64,000 bases of DNA from an uncultured archaeon. GTDB lineage: Archaea > Thermoproteota > Nitrososphaeria_A > Caldarchaeales > Wolframiiraptoraceae. How positions within the stretch are numbered: position 1 is the first letter of the stretch; each line of letters starts with the position of its first letter. Of this stretch, positions 38,040 to 47,940 are shown piece after piece. The notes beneath the pieces were generated by a model. It was not told the origin of the DNA, ran no database searches, and saw nothing but the letters and a program-made list of their open reading frames with translations. The position numbers and the translations under genes were made by a program. The stretch lies in NCBI GenBank assembly GCA_938083505.1, contig CALKCF010000006.1, positions 32,001-96,000 of the forward strand, in the 5' to 3' direction.

Positions 38040-38687
38040 TTACCTCCCACACAATATTAACTTTCCTCTAGTTTTAACGAAGAACATGAAGGCTGCGCTT
38101 TCATCAGATGGACGTGCAGAGATAAAAACGTTCCTTCGGTTAGAGCTATCTTCTGATACGAGTATCGTCTCAACTTGGCCGGCTCCCAGAAACCTTTCGT
38201 GAATGTCTTTTTCAAGAGCATAAGAAAGGTCACCCGCTCCCTTTCCGATTACTATATACTTTCTACAGGTTTTGTGTATATTAAAGAACTCGTCGATATC
38301 ATCAAAAAGGTAGCGTTTGTCAGAATATGTCGAAGTTCTGAGTAATATATCCTCAACAAAGAAGGCGCAACCAGTCCTTTTTTCGCCAGGATCTATAGAG
38401 ACCGTTACGAATTTTGGACAATCTTTCCCAAAAGTTATTTCGTACGCCCTATCTATGAGGTTTTTATACGAAGGGAAGTCTTCAACAAATAGAACAGGTA
38501 CGGGAAGTTTGGAATTGTCTTTTTTACTGGTTATAATCACCTTTGCGCTGAAGGGCAGCTCGGCAAGGCTACTAACAGATAAAACTTCTATACCCCTCCT
38601 CCGACCCTCAGATATTATATTATGAGCCGCTTTAAAGTCGGATAGAAAGAGACCGATAATTGCCCTATGTTTCCATCCCTTTTTCAA
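38040..38687 (-). CDS. Hypothetical protein with RNase H-fold (YqgF-like) domain
   Basis: SIDPGE.RTG.A, VIG.G, V.E..S and DE.AA motifs. Confidence 0.5.
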   Translation of the reverse strand: MKKGWKHRAIIGLFLSDFKAAHNIISEGRRRGIEVLSVSSLAELPFSAKVIITSKKDNSKLPVPVLFVEDFPSYKNLIDRAYEITFGKDCPKFVTVSIDPGEKRTGCAFFVEDILLRTSTYSDKRYLFDDIDEFFNIHKTCRKYIVIGKGAGDLSYALEKDIHERFLGAGQVETILVSEDSSNRRNVFISARPSDESAAFMFFVKTRGKLILCGR

Positions 38688-38823
38688 TTCACAGAAACAT
38701 CTACTGACATGTATTTAGTCTTTGGTTAAAATTTAAACGTAAATTAACTCAAGTATCCTATTTCTACATCGATTGAAAATAAGGGTTTTATAGAAAAAAG
38801 TAGTGAAGCATTATAGATGGGCG

Positions 38824-39081
38824 TTGGGAAGGAAGAGGAGAAAGATAATACGGAAGACTGTTAGACCGCCACCCTCGATCTTCATCTGTCCATTATGCAA
38901 CCATGAAGCTGTATCTGTAGTACATGAAAAAGATTCAGACGTTGCTAGAGTAACCTGTGGATTCTGTAAAGTATCCAGAGAGGTGTCCTGGTATCCATCC
39001 TATACTCCAGTGGACGCTTATGCTGCATGGTATGATATCGTTACTAAAGAGGTTGGAAAGATTGAAACCGGGCAGAGTTGA
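38824..39081 (+). CDS. elf1: Transcription elongation factor Elf1
   Basis: (M)GRKRRK, F.CPLC, CGFC, PVDAYAAWYD. Confidence 0.88.
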   Translation: MGRKRRKIIRKTVRPPPSIFICPLCNHEAVSVVHEKDSDVARVTCGFCKVSREVSWYPSYTPVDAYAAWYDIVTKEVGKIETGQS

Positions 39082-39847
39082 GCGTTACATACTCGATGAG
39101 ATAGAGAAAAATGGTTGCATTCATATGACGCTGCTCGACCCAGATAACTTTTATCCGGAAGAGATGGCAAAATGCGCAAGGATGTGCGAAGAGCAGGGCA
39201 CGGGTGCCATAATGATTGGTGGTTCCATACTTCAATCGCAAACAGCTCTGGACGAATGTGTTAAGATTGTGAAAGAAAATGTCGCAATACCCATAATACT
39301 TTTTCCCAATAACATCAACGCGATAAGCAGGCATGCTGATGCTATATGGTTTATGTCACTGTTAAATTCGACTGACTGGTATTACATCGTTGGTGCACAA
39401 ATGCAAGGATCGTTCATAATTAAGAGGTACGGTCTCGAGCCCCTACCAATGGGTTATTTAGTTTTCGGTTCGGATACAGCGGTCTCGGCTATAGGAAGGG
39501 TGCTTCCACTTCCACCTAATAAAGGGGAAGTTGCTGCCGGATATGCTCTAGCCGCTCAGTACCTTGGAATGAGGTTTATATACCTTGAGGCTGGCTCCGG
39601 CGCGCAAAACCCTATACCACCAGATACTGTAAGAGCTGTTAGGGATGCTGTTGAGATAACGATCGTAGTCGGTGGTGGAATTACCTCTTCCAAAGATTCT
39701 TATATGGTGAGTAAAGCGGGCGCTGACATAATAGTTACGGGAAATATCGTTGAAAGAAGCAAAAACGCTGAATTGTTATCGAGGATAATCAGAGCTGCAA
39801 AGGAAGGCGCGGCCTCAAGACAATGGCCAAAGAAGACGCTACTCTAA
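39062..39847 (+). CDS. pcrB: Geranylgeranylglyceryl phosphate synthase
   Basis: LLDPD, IMIGGS, ILFP, FMSLLNS, YLEAGSGA, VGGGI; TTG 39062 after GAGGTTGG. Confidence 0.93.
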   Translation: MKPGRVERYILDEIEKNGCIHMTLLDPDNFYPEEMAKCARMCEEQGTGAIMIGGSILQSQTALDECVKIVKENVAIPIILFPNNINAISRHADAIWFMSLLNSTDWYYIVGAQMQGSFIIKRYGLEPLPMGYLVFGSDTAVSAIGRVLPLPPNKGEVAAGYALAAQYLGMRFIYLEAGSGAQNPIPPDTVRAVRDAVEITIVVGGGITSSKDSYMVSKAGADIIVTGNIVERSKNAELLSRIIRAAKEGAASRQWPKKTLL

Positions 39848-39918
39848 TACAGTGACTTAATGAAGACCAATACCTTTTGAAATAAATATAATTAGCCTTA
39901 ACTGGAGAAACTCTTGGT

Positions 39919-42900
39919 TTGTATGGGATACCACCTGAGTTCGCTGAATACTATGCCCGGATTGTGGAAAAGGTCAAAGAAGAACACAGGATAGCATCCG
40001 AAGCCAGGAAAAAGTTGGGCACAATTATTGACGAGGTCGAGACGATAATCGCTGAAGACATGGCTGAGAGGGTAGAGTTACTTGTTGGTCCTGAAGGTAT
40101 AGCTGAGAAGATAAGATCTTTAAAAAAGAAACTTTCAAGAGAACGTCTAGCATTTAAGCTTGCAGAGGATATCATATACACTTCGATAGGAAAGCTGAAA
40201 GAAGAGGTTGCTATTAAGCAGGCGCTCTGCACCGCGCTCGCAGTCATGACACCGCCATGCATAACTGCTGCGCCGAGTGAAGGTATTGCAGATGTGAAGA
40301 TTAAAAAGAATCCAGACGGGACAAATTATCTGGCAGTTTACTTTGCAGGTCCTATAAGGGCTGCTGGCGGAACTGAGCTAACAGCAACCGTCATATTGGC
40401 GGACTATATCAGAAGGTTGCTGAATTTGGACAGATATAAACCTACGGAGGAGGAGATCAAACGGTTCAAAGAAGAGCTTAGGACTTATGTACGTATGGTT
40501 AGCAGATTTCAGTATAACGTTCCGGATCACTTGATAGAAAAAGCATTAAGAAACATACCCGTGGAGGTTACGGGCGTTCCTACGGACAACATTTTGGCAC
40601 CATCTTATAGAAACCTACCTAGAGTTGAGACAAACTACTTAAGAGGTGGTGCCCTGAGGGTCATAAACGACGGTATAATCGGAAGGGCAAGAAAAGCGCT
40701 TAAGCTTGTCGAGATGCTCAGTTTATCCGGATGGGAATGGTTACGTGAGGTTGCTGAGGAGTTCAGCAGAATGCACTCTGCTAGCTCAGCCGAAGAGAGC
40801 TATCTAAACGAGGTCATAGGAGGTAGACCCGTGTTTTCCTTGCCAGATGCATTTGGCGGATTCAGGTTGAGATATGGCCGTTCTTATAACACAGGCATGG
40901 CAGCCGTCGGCGTACATCCTATGACCATGAAAGTACTTGAAGGTTACATAGCAACGGGCACACAGTTAAAGCTCGATTATCCCGGAAAGGGCGGTGTCGC
41001 GATGCCAGTAGACACCATTGAGCCGCCAAGGGTGCTACTAGACGACGGGTCTGTTGTAAAGGTTGATAACGACTTAACTTATGCCGAAATAAAGAACAAG
41101 ATTGTAAAGATTCTTTTCCTTGGCGATATTCTAATATCATTTGGGGATTGTGTAGAGAATAATGTTGAACTTAGACCAGTCGGTTATTGTGAAGAGTGGT
41201 GGGCACTGGATTTAAAAAAAGAAGTAACGAGAGCTGGTGAAATTGAAAAAGTCGCGAAAATGCTGAACATAGACTCCGAGCGTCTCAGATTCTTAGTAGA
41301 GAAACCCCTTCTCATCAAACCAACGGATAGGGAAGCTTTAAAGTTGAGCTTCAAACTAAAAGTTCCGCTTCATCCAACTTACTGTTGGTTTTGGGAAAAC
41401 ATCAGTGTGAATGAATTAAAGATGTTAAAAGACTGGTTAGAGAAATCTAGGACGCGATGCAAAATTTATAATGGAAAGGTTTGGCTACCGTTTGATGAAA
41501 CGATACACAACATCTTGATCAAAATGGTACTCGAGCATCGGATCGACGGAAAGTATGTGGTTCTCGACATATCGAGCTATAGGGTGCTTTTAGCACTTCT
41601 GGCACAACCGAGAAATGTGCTGAATTCCGTAAACGATACTCTGGAGGCAATATTTGTAATTTCAGGCATAACTCTAAGAAGAAAAGGCGAAACTTTCCTA
41701 GGCACGAGGATGGGCAGGCCGGAAAAGGCGGGAATGAGAGTAATGAAACCACCCGTGCACGTGCTATTCCCAGTAAGTCTTAAAGGAGGTGCGTCAAGAG
41801 ATTTAATGAATGTCGTTAAATCTGGAGAAAGAGTGCTCGTAGAATTAGCCCGACTTGAATGTCCAAAATGCGGCTCCATAAGTTGGAAATCCGTTTGTGA
41901 AAACTGCGGCGCAAAAAGAAGACCAGTAGGTATATGCACAAAATGCTCGTTAAAAAATTATAACATTGAGATTAAAAATTGTGAAAGATGCGATGGCAAG
42001 ATTTCTTATACAGATAAGTTTTCTCTGGACATTAGGACAGAATTTTTGCAAGAATGTAAACGTTTATTCACTGAAATGCCTGAAAAGATTAAAGGGGTTC
42101 GTGCACTCACAAGCAGAATCAAAATTCCGGAGGATATTGCGAAAGGAATTCTTAGGAGCAAATACGGCCTGTCTGTTTACAAAGATGGGACCGTCAGGTT
42201 TGACGTGACGAACGCACCACTTACACATTTTACACCATGTCAAATCTCAACAGATGTTAGCGTTCTAAGAAGTTTAGGCTATACCCATGATGTTGAGGGT
42301 AAGCCATTAACGAGCATGGACCAGATATGTGAGCTGAAACCCCAAGATTTAATAATACCTAGAAAAGCTGCTGAGCACCTCATTAAGGTCTCTAAGTTCG
42401 TAGATGAGGTTTTGGAAAAGCTCGCTGGTATGCAACCTTACTATATGTGTAATAAACCTGAGGACTTGATCGGTAAGCTAGTTGCATCGCTTTCCCCACA
42501 TACTTATGTAGCAACTGTAGGGAGGATTATCGGTTTCATTGACGCTGACGTATGTTTTGCGCACCCCCTCTTTCATGCATCGAAAAGGCGTGATTGTGAT
42601 GGTGATGAGGATAGCCTAATGCTTTTGCTTGATGTTTTTATAAACTTCTCTAGGATGTACTTGCCTGACAGAATTGGTGGAAAGATGGATGCCCCCTTAC
42701 TAATAACACCAATAGTCTATCCAGATGAGGTTGATGAACAGGCTCATAATTTGGATATCGCCTACGCATATCCGTTAGTGTTGTATGAGGCAGCAGAAAA
42801 GATGGAACCATCTGCCAAATTATCAAACGTTATCGCAACAATAAAATTGAGACTTGGATCTGCTGAACAGTACGGTGGATTTGGGGTTACGCATATAACA

Positions 42901-43365
42901 CATAATCTCATTGCTAATGTGAGTTCTGCTTATAAGCAGAACAGATCAATGTTCGAAAAGGTCGTGGATCAAATAAGGTTAACGGAGATGTTATCTTCTG
43001 TCAATATAGAAAAAGTTGTCGAGAATATCGTATCGTCGCACATACTTCCGGACGTTGCTGGTAACATGAAAGCATTTTTTGTTCAAAGTTTCAGATGTAA
43101 AAAGTGTAATGCTAGGTTCAGACGGCTTCCGCTAAATGGGCAATGTAATAAATGTGGCTCTAATTTAATACAAACAGTTTTCCGCGGAGCTATCGAGAAG
43201 TATGTTGAATTGTTAGAATATACAGTATCTAAGTACATACATACTCCATATCTTAAGGAGAGGGTAAGTATAGTAATAGAGAATATTCGAAGTACATTCA
43301 TATCTCAAGGCGAAACGTCGTTGAACACGAAGCAAGTTTCACTAGAGAACTTTATTGGAAGTTGA
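39919..43365 (+). CDS. polC: DNA polymerase D large subunit DP2
   Basis: FAGPIRAAGGT, FRLRYGR, RMGRPEKA, KDGTVRFD, KRRDCDGDED, C-terminal Zn finger; no intein evident. Confidence 0.97.
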   Translation: MYGIPPEFAEYYARIVEKVKEEHRIASEARKKLGTIIDEVETIIAEDMAERVELLVGPEGIAEKIRSLKKKLSRERLAFKLAEDIIYTSIGKLKEEVAIKQALCTALAVMTPPCITAAPSEGIADVKIKKNPDGTNYLAVYFAGPIRAAGGTELTATVILADYIRRLLNLDRYKPTEEEIKRFKEELRTYVRMVSRFQYNVPDHLIEKALRNIPVEVTGVPTDNILAPSYRNLPRVETNYLRGGALRVINDGIIGRARKALKLVEMLSLSGWEWLREVAEEFSRMHSASSAEESYLNEVIGGRPVFSLPDAFGGFRLRYGRSYNTGMAAVGVHPMTMKVLEGYIATGTQLKLDYPGKGGVAMPVDTIEPPRVLLDDGSVVKVDNDLTYAEIKNKIVKILFLGDILISFGDCVENNVELRPVGYCEEWWALDLKKEVTRAGEIEKVAKMLNIDSERLRFLVEKPLLIKPTDREALKLSFKLKVPLHPTYCWFWENISVNELKMLKDWLEKSRTRCKIYNGKVWLPFDETIHNILIKMVLEHRIDGKYVVLDISSYRVLLALLAQPRNVLNSVNDTLEAIFVISGITLRRKGETFLGTRMGRPEKAGMRVMKPPVHVLFPVSLKGGASRDLMNVVKSGERVLVELARLECPKCGSISWKSVCENCGAKRRPVGICTKCSLKNYNIEIKNCERCDGKISYTDKFSLDIRTEFLQECKRLFTEMPEKIKGVRALTSRIKIPEDIAKGILRSKYGLSVYKDGTVRFDVTNAPLTHFTPCQISTDVSVLRSLGYTHDVEGKPLTSMDQICELKPQDLIIPRKAAEHLIKVSKFVDEVLEKLAGMQPYYMCNKPEDLIGKLVASLSPHTYVATVGRIIGFIDADVCFAHPLFHASKRRDCDGDEDSLMLLLDVFINFSRMYLPDRIGGKMDAPLLITPIVYPDEVDEQAHNLDIAYAYPLVLYEAAEKMEPSAKLSNVIATIKLRLGSAEQYGGFGVTHITHNLIANVSSAYKQNRSMFEKVVDQIRLTEMLSSVNIEKVVENIVSSHILPDVAGNMKAFFVQSFRCKKCNARFRRLPLNGQCNKCGSNLIQTVFRGAIEKYVELLEYTVSKYIHTPYLKERVSIVIENIRSTFISQGETSLNTKQVSLENFIGS

Positions 43366-43425
43366 ACCGAAGTAAAAACAACATTAACAGAAAAATTTAA
43401 AACTACACCATAGTTTATCTTTAAC

Positions 43426-44703
43426 ATGTCGAGTGGATATAAATTTAAGTCAAAAAATTATGAGGAAGCTTTAAAAGAATCTCTTAATGCGTTCGAGCCT
43501 GCTGTATCGATAGAATACATACCGGTAACGGATGCTGTTGGACGTAGAGCAGCTGTAGATTTTAGGTCACGTTTTGATATGCCTCCTTACAACATGGCGT
43601 TTTATGATGGATATGCTGTCAGGTATGAAGATACTATCGGTGCAAGCGCTTCGAATCCAAAAAAGCTTAAGATTGTCGGGCAAGTTTTGAAGAGTGGTGA
43701 TGAAATAGGCTTAGCTGTTACCGAAGGGACAGCAATCTATGTATCATCAAACTCACCTTTGCCGAGCGGCGCCAATGCTGTAGTAAGGGAGGAATACACT
43801 AGCAGGGAGGGAGATTTTGTTCTTGTGAAGAAAGAGGTGGAATTGTATGAAGATGTTGTTCTAAAAGGTGAAGATGTGAAAGCAGAAGAAGCATTGATAA
43901 AGAAGGGGGCCTTGCTTAGACCCCAGGATCTTGTGTTATTGATGGAAATGGGAATCTATAGAATTCCAGTCTATAAAGAACCAATTATCGCAATAGCATC
44001 TGTTGGTGATGAAATTCTAGAAAAGTTTGAGAAAGGTAATCCATACCCAGATGATTATTGTGTTTTCATTTCAATGCTCTTAAGACTTGTCGGTGTAAAA
44101 ACTGTTTTGTTAGGCATACTAAGAGACAACCTAGAAGAGATAACCAACACAGTAATCAGAAATGTCGAACGTTATGATGCCATCGCTCTAATGGGTGGTG
44201 GTTCGAGAGGTGTTAAAGACCTTACCGGAGCCGCATTAAGTAGCGTCTGTGAAACCATATTCCATGCAACAACAATAAGTCCTGGTAAAATATCAGGTGT
44301 TTGGAAGGTAAAAGGAAAGCCAGCATTTCTTATTCCAGGCCATATAGGCTCTGCCATCGTATGTTTGTATAATTTTGTCATTCCAGTTATGTCAAAGATA
44401 TACTATGATGGGGTACCATTACTCAGCAAGGTTAATGCTAAGCTTGCCATAGATGTTGAGGCAAGACAAGGGTTGTATACAGTTAGGACCGTTAGCCTAA
44501 GCTCTAAAGCAGACGGTACGCTTGTAGCTACACCACTTCTGAAAAGGCTTGGTGGCTCGGCGCTCCTTACCACACTCTCGAAGGCACACGGTTACATAAT
44601 CATCCCGCCAGGAATGAAGCTTTCAGAGGGTAGTGTCGTCGAGGTAACACTCTTCAGTCCTTTCGAGTCGTTGGATTTTGTGAAAGAAAGCAAGAGTTAT
44701 TGA
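43426..44703 (+). CDS. moeA: Molybdopterin molybdotransferase MoeA (divergent)
   Basis: PPYN.A.YDGYAV, P.GANAVVREE, GED, SVGDE, GG.S.G..D, PGK. Confidence 0.85.
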   Translation: MSSGYKFKSKNYEEALKESLNAFEPAVSIEYIPVTDAVGRRAAVDFRSRFDMPPYNMAFYDGYAVRYEDTIGASASNPKKLKIVGQVLKSGDEIGLAVTEGTAIYVSSNSPLPSGANAVVREEYTSREGDFVLVKKEVELYEDVVLKGEDVKAEEALIKKGALLRPQDLVLLMEMGIYRIPVYKEPIIAIASVGDEILEKFEKGNPYPDDYCVFISMLLRLVGVKTVLLGILRDNLEEITNTVIRNVERYDAIALMGGGSRGVKDLTGAALSSVCETIFHATTISPGKISGVWKVKGKPAFLIPGHIGSAIVCLYNFVIPVMSKIYYDGVPLLSKVNAKLAIDVEARQGLYTVRTVSLSSKADGTLVATPLLKRLGGSALLTTLSKAHGYIIIPPGMKLSEGSVVEVTLFSPFESLDFVKESKSY

Positions 44704-45590
44704 AAATGTTAACGGCCATAATACTTGCAGGAGGTCTATCAAAGAGATTTGGTGGAGATAAACTGCTTATTGAAATTAACAACACGACAGTGCTCATGAG
44801 GGTTGCAAAAGCGGTTTATGAGGTGGCAGATAAAGTCCTGATTTCCGTAAAAGACGAAATGAAGGGGCAACTGTTAATGGAAAAACTAAGAGATCTTTGT
44901 CAAGGAATCGTGACAGACCTAGAAGATGTGGAATTTGGCGGACCCCTTAGAGGCATGATTAGTTGTATTTCGAAAGTTGGTTTAAACGAGGTGCTTTTTG
45001 TACCAGGCGATATGCCTTGGCTGGAGGCAGACCCTCTGGTTTCTTTTCTCGAGACATGCAAATCCTACGATGCTACAGCGGGTAGCATAATATGGGATAA
45101 CGGGCTGGTAGAGGTGCTAATCCAGTACCACAGCAAAAATACCAAATTGGAAAAGATTGTCGATGCATGTAAGGCAAGAGGCAAGATTGCTAGGGTCTCC
45201 GATATGCTTAGGGCCTCTGAAAAAACATGTTATATACCTGCTGGTAACTTAACAGAAAAGCCATTAGTCTTCAACAACATCAACACATTAGAAGATTTAA
45301 TGAATCCTAAACCAAAAGGGCGTTTAACAAAAGGAGAGGTGGTCACTGTAATGTCAAAGCATTTTTGGAAGGCTTTAGAATCTTGGAAGTGTAAGAACTT
45401 TACGTCGGCCGCAGAGCTCTATGAATGCGAAGGAGATATCAATGCATCATTCGGCGTGAATCATATAGCTCTACATGCGTATATAGATGCCTCTATATGT
45501 TTTGGTTTAGGATCCATACATAATAGTAATTTAGAGGAGAAAATAAGTCGGGAAAGGTTAAGGCTCAATCTATCCCGTAATGAAGCTTGA
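44700..45590 (+). CDS. mobA: Molybdenum cofactor guanylyltransferase with C-terminal extension
   Basis: IILAGGLSKRFGGDK, GPLRG, GDMP, NINT.EDL. Confidence 0.85.
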   Translation: MKMLTAIILAGGLSKRFGGDKLLIEINNTTVLMRVAKAVYEVADKVLISVKDEMKGQLLMEKLRDLCQGIVTDLEDVEFGGPLRGMISCISKVGLNEVLFVPGDMPWLEADPLVSFLETCKSYDATAGSIIWDNGLVEVLIQYHSKNTKLEKIVDACKARGKIARVSDMLRASEKTCYIPAGNLTEKPLVFNNINTLEDLMNPKPKGRLTKGEVVTVMSKHFWKALESWKCKNFTSAAELYECEGDINASFGVNHIALHAYIDASICFGLGSIHNSNLEEKISRERLRLNLSRNEA

Positions 45591-46152
45591 TCAAAGAGAG
45601 CAACATTTTGTAAACTTCGTCCTCATTCAACCCAGTCGTATCTAAAACGACGTCAAACGGGCTCAGATCACTTTCGAGCGAAATCCCATACAATCTGTTG
45701 TATATGTCTTTACTTTCCGAGTCACGCTTCCTCAACACCTCCTTTGCAACATCTACTGGCAACCCGCTCCTCTTTGAGAGTCTCCTTGCTCGTTCGTCCT
45801 CGCTAGCCTTAAGCCATATTTTGTAGCCATCTTTCAGTAACCAAGGTAGGACCCAGCTATCGATCACGACGTCGCCTTTAGATGCCAGCTCAAGTAGTTT
45901 TGCATCGACGAGCTTATCAAACTCTGGGTTTGACAACCTTTCTTCGAGAAACTTAAGACCATCCGGTTTCTCCCACCAGTCTTCGCCCCCTGGTCTATAG
46001 CCCCTTTCGATGGCTAGCTGTTTTAATGCCTGGCCACCAGAAATGTATTTAATGTTCAAAGCTTTGGCAAGTCTTCTAGCAACTGTACTTTTTCCTGTGG
46101 CGGCAAGACCGCTGATACATATTACTAACCTTCCTCTGCGGCAGTTTTCCAT
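45565..46152 (-). CDS. cmk: Cytidylate kinase (archaeal type)
   Basis: ISGLAATGKSTVA, SGG, IWLKAS..ERARR, RD.E...Y..LYG. Confidence 0.9.
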   Translation of the reverse strand: MENCRRGRLVICISGLAATGKSTVARRLAKALNIKYISGGQALKQLAIERGYRPGGEDWWEKPDGLKFLEERLSNPEFDKLVDAKLLELASKGDVVIDSWVLPWLLKDGYKIWLKASEDERARRLSKRSGLPVDVAKEVLRKRDSESKDIYNRLYGISLESDLSPFDVVLDTTGLNEDEVYKMLLSLIKLHYGID

Positions 46153-46453
46153 ACTTCTTAGTTTGACACGCGAATTAATAATTTTGGGCGTATATTAAGG
46201 AACACTTGTAACCTCAAAGCTTACCCTAAACTGTAAGTGTTGTTGGACCTTTACGTCAAAACACTTTTAGAAGCTTTATGATGCACTTATGCTAAGCTAG
46301 AAACGCGTCCAAAAACTATTTATAAAACACTTTTCTCTTAAATTAAATATAAAGTAAAATATTGTAGAAACTACTGCAGAGGCTGGAAATCGATACCTAA
46401 TTGTTGTAATGAACAGTCGTTTTGCCATCTATAATTTTCTCTCTAGAGGATTT

Positions 46454-46663
46454 ATGAAAAGAGCCCTATATTGAGGATTCCTTGTTAAGGGAGAAAAATG
46501 CAATCTTTGTGGTTCATATGCAGCAAATTGCCCGTTTGAGGCTATACAAATTCCGACACATACTAGCGAGCAGTTAGAAGCACAGATGAAAGTAATGCTG
46601 TCAGATATAGGAACCAAGCCTTTCGGACCTTATCAATTTATGAATAATGTTTGGACTGTTTGA
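46454..46663 (+). pseudogene. Decayed 4Fe-4S fragment resembling the C-terminus of HdrA-type proteins
   Basis: MKRALY*GFLVKGEKCNLCGSYAANCPFEAIQIPTHTSEQLEAQMKVML: CxxCxx(Y)xxxCP with the third Cys as TAT and an internal TGA at 46472. Confidence 0.55.
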
Positions 46664-46874
46664 ACACCCTCCGTAATAGTCAGATGATTCAAAACCCGTC
46701 GAATTTTATAGATTCGATTTTATGAGAAAATATGTGCAAAGTAGGACTCCAATCTTCGAAAGCATCTTTTAACCACCTTGTGATATATGAGATTTTTAAA
46801 TTTAAATTTTTTATTATTTTCTACAAAAATTATGTGAAGTCATTTTCGTATTATCGAAAACATGCATTATCTTT

Positions 46875-47363
46875 TTAGCAAGATATTTTGTTTAGGATTA
46901 GTTTGAAGAGTTGAGGGAACTCTTCTGGAAGTTTGTATACACCTATTTCCTCAAGATTCTCAAACGTGGCCATTATTTCACCCTTCATACTGTTTAAATC
47001 TTCTGCGTTTCTCACCAATGTTATTTTTATGACATCATCGCTTTCTTTGAGCAATCCGTAGAATCCTTCTAAGACCAGAATATCAGAGTCTCCACCCATC
47101 CTGACTAAGTCTGATAATGTTTCGATCTTTTTATCCCTTAACATAATTGCTATCTCTCCAGGAGATACTATTATGGTAGGGTTCGCCCCGGCTTCCTTGT
47201 GCTTCCAACTATCTTTTCCTGGCTTGTCAATGCTAAAATTTGCGTGGTGAACATGCTTGGCGCTAGCAACCTTATAATTCATTTCTCTTAGGGCCCTTAT
47301 CAGCATTGTCGTAAGTCTAGTCTTTCCGGATTTCTTATGCCCAAGAACTGCTATCACCTTCAA
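46875..47363 (-). CDS. mobB: Molybdopterin-guanine dinucleotide biosynthesis protein MobB
   Basis: G.KKSGKT, KH.HH, D.PGKDSW.H..AGA, LEGF. Confidence 0.92.
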   Translation of the reverse strand: MKVIAVLGHKKSGKTRLTTMLIRALREMNYKVASAKHVHHANFSIDKPGKDSWKHKEAGANPTIIVSPGEIAIMLRDKKIETLSDLVRMGGDSDILVLEGFYGLLKESDDVIKITLVRNAEDLNSMKGEIMATFENLEEIGVYKLPEEFPQLFKLILNKISC

Positions 47364-47509
47364 ACCTAAGCCACACCTTGTGAATGATTATAATTAATAG
47401 TGTGTTGCATTGTACTTATTAAATTATTGCAAAATTATGAAGAATTTGAGTAATTTTTCTCAAAATTGATGAAAATAAAAAGTTTAAGTTTTAATGTTTT
47501 GAGGTTTGA

Positions 47510-47940
47510 CTAATTTGTCTTTGGTTTTGCTCCTACCCTTACGATGGCTACTCCTTTCAAAGCTAAGTTAATTATAAGTAACACTATAACGACCCAAAAC
47601 AATGTGGACAGCGCAGACACGGACGCAACTATGTTCTCTCTGCTTTCCTTAAAACGTACATTTTTCTCTTCACTGGGCTCAACGAGTTAAATATAGAAAG
47701 CACAATAACCCTCCAGAACTGTAAAAGTTTGAGTAGTCAAGTCTTATCCCACATGTTGGACAAACTTCAACACACTTATCACACCTTATACGAGAAGAAG
47801 AATTTATCTTCATCTACAACTCCAGGAGGTCTGATGGTTTTGCTTCTACTAACACCAATTGAAGTTAGTAAAGCAGTAGATGCAAATAAACTGATCATAG
47901 AAATGGAAATGATGAAGCCTCGTCTGTTCAAGTCAGACAT
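47510..47940 (-). pseudogene. Frameshifted Tat-exported NapG/MauM-family ferredoxin
   Basis: MSDLNRRGFIISIS...IRPPGVVDEDKFFFS, then a frame change to IRCDKCVEVCPT, with further decayed pieces (GYCAFY, CVRVC). The 3' end is approximate. Confidence 0.7.
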
